A stretch of 64,000 nucleotides of DNA, taken from Chrysomallon squamiferum. Lineage: Eukaryota > Animalia > Mollusca. Each line of letters begins with the position of its first letter. Positions within the stretch are counted from its first letter, which is position 1. Below are positions 1 to 14,200 of the stretch, piece by piece. The translations under genes and the position numbers were made by a program. The notes below the pieces were generated by a model. That model saw only the letters and a list, made by a program, of their open reading frames with translations, had not been told where the DNA came from and searched no databases. Where the stretch lies: positions 32,178,001-32,242,000 of the forward strand of contig CM022665.1 in the NCBI GenBank assembly GCA_012295275.1. Reading direction: 5' to 3'.

Positions 1-263
1 GCGATTCAGAACACTAATTAATAAATCGATCTTTCAGAAATAAATATAATTGTATAATACTGTGCTAACAGCTATAACTGTGTTTTACACTGTACACCTA
101 AATCTCCATTCATTACAGTCACTGATTTGTGAATACGAACGAACGTCTCTTTTACAGAACGTCATTCACTCTCTCCTTTCCTTTGTATTTTTCTCTCTGT
201 CTCTGCTCCTCACCCTCAGTCTGTTTACCTGTCTGTATCTCTGTCAGTCTGTCTGTCTGTCAT

Positions 264-354
264 TCAGCACAGGCAGTAAAATTAATTTTAGTGCATTAGA
301 TAATACAAATAAAAATCAGCAGAATTTATACACATTTATTTACATTTTGTAACT
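264..354 (+). repeat. Dispersed ~90-bp repeat, copy 1
   Basis: tcagcacaggca...aaaaatcag.agaattt...cacatttattt.cattttgtaacta recurs at 3058-3143. Confidence 0.8.
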
Positions 355-478
355 ATCGGTTATTAGGCATGGCATTAGTGACTTTTCTTAATAATGGTAT
401 TTAATGAAATCTGTAAACATGTTATGGACTACCCCGAGTTTTTATAATTAGCAACAAAGGATTTTTTAATGATCATTT

Positions 479-481
<3 letters not shown>

Positions 482-573
<92 letters not shown>
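482..573. repeat. Compound (CA)n(GA)n microsatellite
   Basis: Directly visible. Confidence 0.97.
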
Positions 574-576
<3 letters not shown>

Positions 577-702
577 CAGTCGATCCTACATCACTGACTT
601 CTCTGCTTAAGATCTGTGTTATCAGATAAATAAAATTAATACTGTATATGTTAAATTCGATTCGAAATATTTTATAACTTAAAGCTGACTTTTTGTTTTC
701 AG

Positions 703-3238
703 TGTGCTTTTTTCGATCGTTGGAATCGGCGCCACTTTTCGATGGATTCTTTCAGCGGAATCACCGTCAGCCAATATCGAATCGGTGTGCACGGCATCGT
801 CAAAAGAAGGGTGCCCTTGGCAACACGTTTTATCAGATCTTGCCAATCGCCTGCAGCTCCTGGAAATGGCTTTTAAGGAACAAGTGATTGCGCGCGAATT
901 CATCGCTAAAGAAGTAATCAACCAATCAGACGTGAACTCTCAGCTGAACCAGAAGTTAGAACTTTTTCTAGAAAAAATGGAATATTTGGCCAACAAGTAT
1001 CGTGTTTTAGAGATACGCATTGAAGAGGTGACTGCCAGAATTCATTCAGATGGTAAGAGACCCGTTGATTTTGTTATTTTTGTTATTGTTTTTCTTGTTG
1101 TTGCTGTAAATAGCAGTGGACAAAGCTATAGTATATATATATTTATTTATTTATTTATTTATTCATTTATTTATTTATTGCAGTGAAAGATGTGATCTAC
1201 TTTTTAAAGTGAAAAATTACTTGTGGAGAGAGAGGTAAAGAAGACATTTCAGATAATATATTTTTTTCATATTTTTTGTTTCAGAATCTCTTGGTTTTCT
1301 TGTTTTGGTGCTTATCATGATAGAAATAATGGTACGGCTGGAACCAAAAGTTAGGAGGCTTGTATTGCCTTGGCGAACACCACCACCAAAAGAGAATGAG
1401 GAAAAACCAGTGGATTTGCCACAGGAACAAAATATTTCAACCATGTCAAAGGTTTGTAAAAACAATGGAAAAATTTCAAGTTTAATTCACAAAATAGAAT
1501 AAAAGATAATTATATCGATGTTATTTCTAAAATTGAGACAGAATAACTAAAGCTGTAACAAATTTTAATTTACATTTCTGTGGTTTTGTTTTAATGATAG
1601 AAAATAGTACTATAGGGTCATTCCGTGTCAAATCACCCAATGGTTTAAACCTGACCGTCTCAGATTTTTATGAAACTTATGATCCCACAGTACCAAATCT
1701 GAAATTTTAGCCCAATCAGACCAGTGGTGTGGGAGATACAGCCAACCGAATTTTGAGATTTTTGCCAAAAATGGATGTGACCACCAACCTTAGAACCCTC
1801 ATATCTCAGCAACTACTGGGCCAATCTTCATAAAATTGGTATTGTTAGAAAGGCAAAATGACAAGGATTCCAAATCTGCCATTTTTGTTTAGTTTGGAAA
1901 ATATTGGAGTACCTTGACCTTTTGACCTTTGCTATGACCTTGAAATTGACCGTGTGGATCACGTGATCTTGAGATGACCTTTAATGAAATTTAATCTCCC
2001 ACATGTTAACTAAAACATATAAAAGTTTCCTGGGTGTAATATTTTTTGTTTAGCCACAATATAGATTTAAAAAATGCACATACATGAAAATAACACCTTT
2101 TCAGCCATTAACATCTGATTAACTAAAACCTGAATGATCAATTCTGGATGCTAGGAATCACCATCTCTCTTGATCATTGGGGTGATTTGACACGGAATGA
2201 CCCTATAGTACTACTAATTAAAATGTTGAGAAAGACATATTTATTTAGAGCATCCATTTAACAATGAGGTTATTTAAGGGCCATTATCTGATGTAAAATA
2301 TATAAATACAAACATAGGCACACACAAAAATTGTGATTATTTTATCAAAATATATAACATTATATAGCATTTAACCTTTTTGTTTCTTGTTCCATGTGTA
2401 CGCACCTTTTCCTTCTTAGTGTACCCTCACTTAAAGATGTGTTCTGTCGGCATGATTTGAAGTAATGATTTAATAAGTAATGAATATTTATCAGGTCTCA
2501 AACAACAGTTCTAAAATTATTATTATTTATAATTTAAATGTCATGACAGGACTTATGAATAAGGAACTTCCTACTTGTATTCCTGAGTTATTCTTCCACT
2601 AGCATTGGTACACATTCTCAGAACCTTTGAGAAACCTCTGGACTGGAATTGAAAATTGCTAAAAGGATGCTCTGATGACCATTCATCAAATGAGATCACT
2701 AAATAAATTAAAAAAAAAAATAATAATACCAAAATAAAAAATAAAGATTAATGTAGTTACCAGCTTTCTGTTATCTATAAAAATTATATTAAAAAGATGT
2801 AACAATTATATATTTTATAAAAAACATGGAAAGGCAATTTTAACTGACTTTACATTACTACAAATCATGGTGTATGGAGGCATCTTTAACAATCTTAAAC
2901 ATTCTTTGTACATCACGGTATTGTGTGCATTTAAAATCTAAAGAATTTAGAAATTACTTTCTTATTCTCTTACTTATCAGTTACTAAAAGGAGCAACAAC
3001 ATGAACACAACGTAACTGAGTACAAATAAACATATGTAAAGCAGCAATGTCCCTCTCTCAGCACAGGCAAAACAGATAATTTTACTGAATTAGAAAAAGA
3101 AAAATCAGAAGAATTTTTGCACATTTATTTCCATTTTGTAACTAACGTACAAGCTATCAGCCATTTCAGGAAACATCTACCAGCTAATCTCTTTCTTCAT
3201 CTGTTTCTAAAGATTATTATAATTTTGAAGTCACCAAA

Positions 3239-3279
<41 letters not shown>

Positions 3280-6200
3280 ATCTTTTTTAACCTTCAAACT
3301 GATAACATCACAAATAATAATTTCTGTATTACTTAACTTTCTTGTTTTACATAATAACAAGACCTATATCATTCCATGGGGGTTGGGTGGGTGAAATTCA
3401 TATTGTCAAACTAACTTAATTCAGCTAATTTATATGTATATTTGTAAATCCCATGCTGAAATTCATACTCAGAAATATTGTCTCATAATGACATCTTTTG
3501 AGGCCAGTGAGGATTACTTGAAATCATTATTCCATTGCTTTTAAAGGGAAATGATTATCCTAGTCAACTTTTTCACTAACAACATGTTTCAGGAATTACA
3601 AATTAATTTATCTTGTAGGAAATTTCTAGAGACATATATATGGTAAAAACAAATTACAGATAAAGTAAGAGAAAAATAGCACATAAATAATTTGAAAAAG
3701 GATAAATTGGTGTTAAATTCTTGCTTATTTCAGTTTTTCCATTAACTTTTAAAAATTAACAAGTCTGAGATTTTCTGACGATAGAGTGATGAGGAACATT
3801 TTGGATAATTATAAGCAATTATAAACTGTTCAAATGTCAGCTCTTTATAAGAATAAAAAAATGAGTCAAATAATCACATGGCCTCTGTAAATCCAAGAAG
3901 AATAACCTAATGTCATACATCCTATCACTATATGAACCTTAGATGCAGCTGTGTTTAAGATGTGAATTACCTCATAATAAGATATCATAATGCTAAAAAT
4001 TTCTTTTCTTGAAATAAGTAAAAGTAAAAAAGCTAATAAAATTAACTAATTGAGAATACGAAAAGGAATGAGATATAAACAGTTAATTTCTTCTTCATTT
4101 TTTAATGGATATAAGAATAAAAATAAATACAACAATAATAAAAAATGGGGTGTAAAAGAAAATATCCGCATAAATATAATTTTAAATAATTGTATGATTT
4201 ACAGATGTCCTTGTTAGTATCTGGCTTGCTGAGACGGAAGTGTGCTGTTTTGCCACTGAATGGTCATTTACAAGACCATTTAGTGACAAGAAAATCATCT
4301 AATTCTTCCAATGTGACTGACCCAGGCCGCAGGTCCCGTATAGCAGTAGGTCATATTGTGTCCTAGTTTAGAATTCAAGTGCATGAACAAAACAGACTTA
4401 TAATTCTTCAGAGCTCTTTTTCAAGGCCACATTATGATTTTTTTGTTGTTGTTTTTTTTTGTTTTTTTTTACACTGCAAAATTTCAAATTATGTTTAGTT
4501 GCTTACGAGTTACATATTCGGTTGCTTATTACCGTATATAGTAAAGCATTTATTTATTTCAGCCACATTTAATTAATACTCATCATTTCATGCCATTTGA
4601 TTCCGAAGTTTAATTCATGATGCACAGGCCTATGGTGCACAAATCAAGCCAACAAAGCTGTTTCTTGCTGTAATGGCTGAACAATTTAATATAACTTATT
4701 TATCAACTTTGTTAGCTTTAATAACCTCTGTTATTTTTCGGAAGTTCCAGATGGAATAATATAATTCTAAAACTAAATTTAAAAATATTAAATCCTTTTT
4801 TCTAAACATGATGCAGTATACTGACATGAATATTCATAAGTTGTTTTTTCATGGCAATTGCATCATACAGTAGAAATGGCATTACAGCATAGGAAATTCG
4901 TGATTTGCATGCATCTTCTGTCAAACCAAAACAAACTACTTGATGCAAAAATGAATTATTCTTGTAATTGGTTTTAAAAAGTTCGAACAAGGTTTTAAAA
5001 TTTTCTACGGTGATAAAATAACCCACATATACACTTTTTCTTCTTTCAGTGTTAGAGAAACATCTAATAATCTTTTGTTCTTTTAGTATAGGTTATCATT
5101 TTATTTATTTATTTATTATTTTTTAAATTTATGTCTTTTCTTTGTATTTATCTTAGTTCTAAATCCCAAAGTTGAAGTATCCTTTGTGCTTTTTTGTTTC
5201 TGTTTTAATTTATTTTGCATGCTAATTTTTCTGATAACATTTATTGGGCTGCAATACATTTTTTAATTTTATGTTTTGTAAAATACTTTTTTGTTTGTTT
5301 TTTGTTCCATTGTAGTTTTCTTTTAATGGTAGTTTGTCTATAAGCAACAAAACCAGGTTTAAGCATAAGACTGTTAAACACCCCCCCAAAAACCCAATAT
5401 ATATATAATAATTTGGATTGATAATATAAATCATATAAATCTAACATTTTAAAATTATTTCATACACCATACAGATCAGTTTTAGTTAAAGAAAACAATA
5501 AAATGGGTGAGAAATAACAACAACAACAACAATAAAAAAAATATATAAGTAGTAAAACTGAGACATATTTCTAGAGTGAAACTTTGATAATTTACTAATA
5601 TCTGAAATAAAACAGAAGTGGGATTGCAATTTCTTACAACTTTGAAATAATGTTGTCTTATAATGCAGAATGGAGTAAACTATTCACCTAAGCATGGAAT
5701 CTCTCTTCGACCTGAGCTCTGTGTGATTCTGTTTAAAAAGGAAAACAACATCGCCTCGTCGCTTGTAGATGGAATACTAAGACATCTAGACGATGGCAAA
5801 TTATCAGAGCGATCACACTACACAATTGAAGGGAATGAAACACTGCGACAAATCCCAAGAGTAAAACTGTATTTAGTAATATCTGAAATGGAAGAAAAGT
5901 GTGGTCATAGTTTTTTACGACTACAAGATGTTGAACTACACACCTCAGCAATTCGCTTCATGAAATCTTTAGGAGGTAATTAACAATTTATATATATTGT
6001 ATGTCTGACATGAATGTGCATGTCAGCATGTGTGTATGTGTGTGTGTATGCATATATTTATGACTGCATATACATGTGTATACAGTGCATAATGTACAAC
6101 TTTGCAGGAATAGATGGAAGTGAAATGCTTTCCTTTTGTATTGACTTATTATTACTGTGAACTGTAAGCAAAGTAATGAATTTATTTATTTATTTTTCCA

Positions 6201-6425
6201 GCAGGCATAATCCTGGTCATGACAAATGATGAAGGATCTAAAAAGCTGACAGCTCATTCTATGTATAATACCAGCTTAAAACTTGTCCAATCACATGAAG
6301 TTTTACAAGAACTAGCATCCAATGGACGTGTATTTAGCATGTGGCGGGAACTGACTTCACATCAGTTAAGCCATCTGAGAAAGATTGTAAAATCAGTGTT
6401 AACTGTGAAACCTTCAACCCGCTGA
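703..6425 (+). CDS. Uncharacterised membrane protein, 5'-incomplete: hydrophobic N-terminus, coiled coil, TM helix, C-terminal alpha/beta (TIR/flavodoxin-like?) domain
   Basis: Phase-consistent GT-AG exons 703-1052, 1285-1451, 4205-4345, 5669-5975 and 6202(or 6205, NAGNAG)-6425 (TGA) give ~395 aa with no stops. Exon 703 follows a ttttgttttcAG acceptor; no start exon was found in the window. TM segment LGFLVLVLIMIEIMV. Confidence 0.75.
1613..2205. mobile_element. Non-autonomous TIR DNA transposon (MITE), hAT-like
   Basis: Perfect 26-bp TIR TAGGGTCATTCCGTGTCAAATCACCC at both ends. Flanked by the 8-bp direct repeat TAGTACTA (1605-1612, 2206-2213). 593 bp, no ORF. Confidence 0.88.
3058..3143 (+). 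repeat. Dispersed ~90-bp repeat, copy 2
   Basis: Diverged direct copy of 264-354. Confidence 0.8.
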
Positions 6426-9400
6426 AAAGCACTTTATACATCCTTTTTTCTTTCTTTTTTTCGGTTCTTTTTCTTTTTCTTTTTTAACCTTGAATACAAT
6501 TTACCATTGTCATACATTACCTGTGTTTCTGTATGCTTTTACAGATACAGTATTAAATGTAAAAGTGCAGACAAGTTTAAACTTTAAATTAAAGTTACAT
6601 GTCACATACTGAAGGTTTCCTTCGAATCACAAAAACAACTCTTTGTTGAGTGTTTGTTATTTTTTATGTTCCAGTAACTGTTAATTAATTATAACTGTTA
6701 TTGTTGTTGTTATTATGATGATGATGATGATGTTTGGGAATGTAAATCCAGAATTAAATGTTAATTTTTCACGAGAAGATAATTTTTCTACCTGCTAAAA
6801 TATGAGTTTATTGTCCACACTGATTACTTACCTACTTGGAAGCTTACTTGCTCAAAGCCATCAAACTCATTGGCTAAACATAGTAATCAAGAAATTGTTG
6901 AATACTCATAAGTTAGCCTAGCCAAACAATACTGTGTTTAAAGACAGAAGACAATACATTCAAGGTATTACATTTTGGCCTCAATGTTCATTTTACCTTC
7001 TGTGACTAAATATAAAATATTGATTTCCAGCATTTACAGAATCTAAAATTCAACATCATTAGTAGTCTGTATAGAAACTTGCTCTGGAGAGAGTATAAAA
7101 TTGTGACATGGAATGTACCTCACTCTCAAAATATTAATATTTTAGTTGAACAAATATCAAAATAAAAGGAACTCTGTGTTTTACTCTGTTTGCTGAAATT
7201 AAACAACTGCAAATATAATTTTATCTTGTTGTTCAGTTTATTTTAACAGAATCCAGTGCTTCATAATTTGTATATCTGCAAGTAATGGAAAATTAATGAG
7301 ATATATATACTGAGATTAAAATGGATGAAAGACACACACACATATCTACATCTAGATACATATGCATACACATATACAAACAAATGTGGAGAGAGTCAAT
7401 GTGACAATGGTAGAAAATCAAACTGCTGAAGGAGAGCATCATCTGTTACAATAATCTTGATGTTCACTGCTGTTTTTAGATCACCAACTCACTCAAGAGA
7501 GGTAATTAAATTAAATTACATTGTACAGAAATCTTCACTGAAATCGTGGTTAGAAATGTTGTTTTTTTGCTTTCCAAATAACAATATAAAAGGTATATTT
7601 AAGTAATAATAATTCAAACTGAGCAAAACAGTTGCATTCAAAATAATGATAGTGGAAAAAAAAAAGGTAAAATTATTGTGAAGATATATAGTGTTGTCAG
7701 CATTTTCAAAGCTTTGTTAGCAACTGAATGTTTCAAAAACTGATGTAGTTTGTTTTGGTTTTTTTAAAGAAAAAGAAAATTTTATTTTGAGAAATGAAAA
7801 TGCTGTCTCCATGGCTATGCTGACTACTGCAGGCATTAGTAATGATTGCATAAGTGTCTATGAGTGTGTTAATAATTCTTGTTCCCATAATGTTGCTAAT
7901 TACCATATCCAGTTTTGACAGAAAAAAGAAAAAGGAATTAGCAAAGTTTTAATCAGGTTTCATGAAGTTCTTCATTAAAATAGGAATCGTCGTCCTCATT
8001 ATTCAGTAATCAGCTTTCACATTTCCTTCATGTAGGAAATTAATTTGTCATCTTTGTAACATGATGAAGACAAAAAAATTACTGATAGATTGACAGGTGA
8101 GACACTTTTTGTACAATCATTATGTTGGTCATGGAATATTAATATGGTTGTTATAACATTGTTCTTTTTTTCTTTGTTTAATATGGTGGTTTTCAAGATA
8201 TTTTAAATCATAACAAATGTATATAATAATGAGTAACTATATTCAAAATAAAAGAATAGACCTATAGGCTATACCTAATAAAGCATAAATGAAATAATCA
8301 GACAATTATTGATAATGATATTTATTATTATCAACAGACTTGTTGTTTCAATGGTTTATTTCAAAGCAAATAAAAGCAGCTTTGTGAAATAAAGGATATA
8401 TTAATAAATGCTAAATTTACTAAATGTTTCTTCTTTTTTTTTCTATTGATGTTCAGTAGGTGGTGTTGAAGGATCCAAAACTGATCTTGGGTTTGCACAT
8501 TTTAATCCTCTCCATCTGTCTGTTATACTTACGGTCCAGGAAAAAAAAAAAAAAAAAAAAAAAAGATAAAAGAGAAGAAACATAAATAAAAACAAATGTG
8601 TATGTGTGTTTGCAAAACAATTTGACAAGAGTCATAAATGGCAGTGAATATGACACTGTTTTGGACTGTGGTTGAAACTATGATGTTGGTGATGAGTGCT
8701 GTTTAGCATGCTGGTGGTCTGTCATCTGTTAATCAGCTTCCACAAGCTTGCGTAATTTATGTTAATTTAATAAAGCAACCTGTTAAAAATAATGACCATT
8801 TTGTTGAACAGTAAAGTGTAATTACAAAGAATAAGAAAAGCAGTGGCCTACTTTTATCTTATCCTTTACTAAGAATTAATTGAAACAGATGATAAATATT
8901 AAATTTATGTCTTTAAAAAATATTAGAAATCAATTTAAATGCTTCTTTCACAGACAACTCTGTTGGGTATTCAAGAGTTGGAACAAATTTTATTCATCCT
9001 CATCCCCAAAGAAAAAATCTAGAATGTTGTATATCTTGCTGCCTTACAATAATTTCAAACTGTGATAGTTAAATTTTATAGTTTTTATTCTTTCCTCCAA
9101 CAAACTGTTCACTCATAAAAATTCATGTTTTATTATTCTAAATACTTAGTTATATGGGCCAAAATCGTAAGTAGGGTGGACTTGGCTTTTAAGCTTGTAA
9201 CTAATGTTGAATGATCCAGTGCATAATAATGCAAATTCAGTTTATGTAATGTTATGTTTAGGAATTTAATTATTCCAATGCATTTGATATCTGCTTTGTT
9301 TATTTAGTATCACATGGTGTTTGCCAACACAGCGATTGACGTAAATTTTGGTAATATGAATTTCTTTACAAAGATTCAAAATGAAAAATTACAAATAATA

Positions 9401-9662
9401 ATAAATACAATAAATATATAAATAAGTAATGGTAATGAAAGGAAGATGTGTACTTAAAAAGTATTATTTTTCACATTTTCAAACAGTAAGATATGCTTTC
9501 CTTGTTGCACCAGTGCCTTAATTTGATCTTGATATTTTTTCTTCTTCTTCAAATTATCTACCACTGGGATTGTTGTCTTCAGTTGCCTAAGTGCATTACT
9601 CAGCAGAATCTCAAATTTAGTAAGAGAATCTGGTTGAGAAAAATGGGGGAAAAAAAGAGACA

Positions 9663-9697
<35 letters not shown>

Positions 9698-11254
9698 AAA
9701 GAAGAGTGCAAATCCAAGGATAAATGCATGTAAAAACAACATCCTGTCTGTTGCTGACTGATTTTTGTTTTTATAATAACTTTAATTTTAGGTTCTAAGT
9801 TATATTCACTACAAATATGGCACCCCAAACCTTTTCTGATATTCTGAATCCACCACTGCAAACAATGCAACAGGCATAATGAATGTGGTTACTTTAAAAA
9901 GCCATTAAGGAAGTTTTATAACCTCTCTTATTAGTTATTTGGGATAACAGCAATGATCATTACTTTCTGCTTTCATTTGGATTATTTTATTGCACATTTT
10001 GTATTTATTTATTTACTAATATTCTTAATAAAAAAAGATAAAAATAAATAAATAAATAAAAATAAAATGATATAAAAACAAAATAAAGTAGTAATAATAC
10101 ATAATGTAATATGATAATTTAATAAATAAATAAATGCTTTTCTCCCATTAAATAAAATGTAAACCAAAGATAAACATGGCCATACAATAAAATGATATTA
10201 ACGGTACATTTTCTGCATATATTCATCAGAGTGGACACATTAAGATGATCAATTCAATAGCAGAGACCTGCAAACTTGTGAAATTCTGCTGTCAGTGTCT
10301 GAAGAACAGCCTTACGCTTAGTTGTATGCTTAAATCATCACTAACATTAATGTCACATAATTACATATTAAACATAATAAAGCCTCCTGAAATAGAATTT
10401 GTTAATGTGAAATGACTTAAACACATACACACAAACAAAAATTAAACAAATTATGAAAAAATAAAAATAAATCATCAAAATTTTAAAAAAATTTATAAAA
10501 GAAGAAAAAGAGACATACTTTTTAAGCTGAAGTCAAATTAGAAACAAATAAGTAGAACCAAATTAGCATTGTCCAAAAATATTTATATATTAATGCTAAA
10601 ATCGAAATACTATTTAAAAAAACAAAGAACAATAACAGAACCGCATAATTATGTCTAATCATGGATATACTTTATTATGTTCCAGTGTCTTTTGTCTCAT
10701 GAGAAAAACAATTTCAGTATTATTTTAACAATAATAATTTGAATAGGTAAAATTAAATCTAAAATAATCACAGATTATAAAAATTTGTAAAATAGCAAGA
10801 AAATATTGACAATCATAAGGATACTAACACAAGACCTACACATTTGTGTTAAGTTAATTATGGGCTTTTTTAAACTATTACTGTATTATTTATATTAATA
10901 ACTTACTACAAAATGCTGGTTACATATAAATTAAAACAGTGAGTATGAAATATAAAAATACATTTCAACTAATTACTAACTTCAGGTATAATTTAAAAAT
11001 AAATTCAGTAATTCTAATAATAAAAATGGAAGTTTTTAAGTTACATACATTCTTCTGCTTATTATCATAAACCTAACAGTCTCTTGAATAGTTTACGTAT
11101 TTATGATCTGAATTATAAACATGTCTGGTAAAATTTGATCACTGGAAACAAATAAAGTAGTCAAAAGGAATTCATGAAAATTTACTTAGATACCTTTAAT
11201 AACACCAAAGATACACATTAGGTTTTAATGTAATTACATAATTACAATATACGT

Positions 11255-14200
11255 TTAGATTTTAGTTTCTTCTTCTAACTGCTTTTTAAAGTCTTCTTTT
11301 ATCTGTGGAAGAAGATGAGGTTTTTCAAAAATGTCCACAATTGTCATTGCTAACACTTTGGCTGTGGATAAGGCACTCTCCTGAGCTGTTTCAGAAACTG
11401 AAATAGAAATAAATACAAATATAGCACAATACAATACATTAAAGATAAGTTAACAATTGTTTAAAATGTATACATAATATAATATGATATGATATAACAT
11501 AACAACGTAACATAACATACTTTAATAATAGTAATAAAAATTAAATAATGATAAAAAATAAATTTACATAAAAAAATAAAATAAAGTAATACAAATGAAA
11601 TAAAATAAAATAAATTTAAATACATTAATGAAATTGGTTTAAAATAAAATTAAATTAAAAATTCTGAAAAACAGTCTGATCTATGTTTTCAGTGAATGGA
11701 AATACTGTTATTATGTAAATATAACTTTCAAAATAAAAGTAATTTCATTATAAACATAGTTTGATTAAATTTAAGATGGTTTACACTGTGTAAAGCCTCC
11801 AAGATCTTTAAAAGGATAGTGATTATCGAAAGGACAAATTACTTACTGGCAGCTGCAGCAAATTCCTTAGTGTGGCCACTTGCATTTCCAATGCAGAACT
11901 TTGGGTGGATGCTGGGTACAACATGGGACACATTACCCATGTCTGTAGACCCTCCTGCCTTTGTACGTTTTACCTCATCTTCTTCAAGCTTCATACCAAT
12001 AGATTTACAATTCTCATCAAACAGTGATGCCAGAATATTGTTAGACATTAAAGATGAATATCCATTCTGATGAAAAACATATTCTGCCTTCAAGAGAAAA
12101 TTTAAATATTATATAGAGAGTTGAAGAAACTGATCTGATAATATGATTTGAAATGCTTCATGGGAAAGGGCTTGTAGTTCAAAACAAAGTTTTAATCAAA
12201 CTGGAAATCATATTTTTAGAGATAATATCGATTTATAATAACAGTCTATGCCACAGAAAAGAGATCAGTAAGGAAAGTAAACAAAATTTATTAATTTATA
12301 TTAATTAAAATTATAAGTATTTATGTATATATAAATGTAGGCATTTTCATCAACAGCTATACTTAAAACTATCTGACATCCTTAAAATATTTCAACTTTA
12401 ATATTCAAACAAAATATAATTAACTATTTATAGGTTACTATCAAAATTAACCTACTGTACAACCAGTGGATAATGCAGCACCTTTAATACAGTCAATGAC
12501 TTTTAGCTTGAGTTTTTCAACTTCTGAATCAGTTGGGGCTCGGAGATAATAAAGAAGTTCTGTGATTTCAGGAATTATGTTTGGTTTGCTGCCACCATTT
12601 GTAATTATACCTACAAAACAAATCACATATAAATAAAAAAATTAATAATGTTAATGAAATATAGTCAAACAAATAAACTGATCTGGAAGTGTCAGCAGAA
12701 ATGTTCAAGTTTTCAGGGTGTTTGAATTTTACACATTTACTGCATACCAATTAGGATTTGTTTTCACCAGAATAAATAATTTTATTGTTGTATGGCAGCT
12801 TTATATGATAATTTTAAAAAATGGTGATGCCCATTTCCTGCACTGTACGCTGCATTCTGGGAATGTTGATTTTGTCAAATCATAAAAGCCTGCTAACTGC
12901 AATTGAGTTCAACCCATTTGATACATAATTTTGATAATTCAAATATTCAACATTATTCCATGCATATTTATGTTTTATAAACACTGGAGCGCTTTTCAGG
13001 TTTCAAATGCAATATTTTGTAACACATTAATATATCTTCTGTTTATTATGAGTTTTATGATGTGCATCAATAAATTATTGATTTACATCTATCAATAAAT
13101 TTGATATGGTTGCAACTGTGTTTTAAAAGAAAGCCAGGATGCTTGCTATAGCAATGCCCAGCCATGACAATTTATGTTTATTGTGGTTACTGATGTGGTG
13201 CATGTGAATAAAAATTGTAAATATGTTCATAAAAATGGTCTGCAATTTTTGTCCTTCTGATGAGGGGATATCTGCAATGAACTTTATCACTTAACTGCAA
13301 AAATTCTTTGAAGTCTGTCTGTAATTGTGTATTATATAGAGTCTTCACATTGTAAAAATGCATCTGAGGCAGGCATGTTTAATCAGTGGCCATTGTTCTG
13401 TATTTACTAAGGGGAACAATAGCTTGGCCATTCCAGTGGAGGGGCAAATTTCAATTAATCAATTTCTTGAGAAATCAATGTTCAAGTTATCCAAGTTTGA
13501 CTGTGTTTCTCAAAGCATAGAAAAGAAAATTAAATAGTTTTAGCCACAAGCTGAAGACAATGTAGAATTTAATAAAAATAATAGCAATAAAATAATAATA
13601 AAATTATTAACAATAAATACCTTTTAAAAATAGATAAAAAACCCTGAAGATCTTATTTTTAAAATCATTAAGTGATATTTTTTAATTCAAGAATAAATAA
13701 ACAAAATAAAAAATAAAACAATAGTTAGATATAGTTAAATTATTGTAAGGAAAAAAAACTGGCAAAAGGCAAGTGTTATTGTCTTACCTTGATATAAGAC
13801 AAAAATACATTATTTCATCTTTTGATTAACTCTTGTATAATTACAAAATAGTTTTACTAATTAGGTTCAGAATTCCTGTCTAAAAGTTTGAAAAGTTAAT
13901 TCATGATCACTATAAAGTACTGAGGTTGAAGAAATGGATATCACATACAATAAAATTATGTTAAATACTAACCATGTACTCTCCAGGTGGGTTTCATCTG
14001 CTGTCTGAGACATGAAATATTCTGGTAACAGATGACAGCAGCATCAAGAGCATTGAGACCATCCCAGGGTGCACTGGAAGCATGAGATGCTTTACCATGG
14101 AATGTGACTGTAACCCTGAAAACAGTAAATGTCAATATTTGAATGCATAATTAATACATGTTAGAGGATGTACTGTGACTGTATCATGATGAAACCATTT

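Noticed and set aside
648-677. ATG at 648 as the start of gene 1
   Set aside because: It hits TAA after 9 codons; 703 is preceded by a good acceptor instead.
12905-13505. Possible Tigger-like MITE in PM20D2 intron 3
   Set aside because: The right end (ttcaagttatccaagtttgactg) looks TIR-like, but the left end is too degenerate and no TSD could be set.
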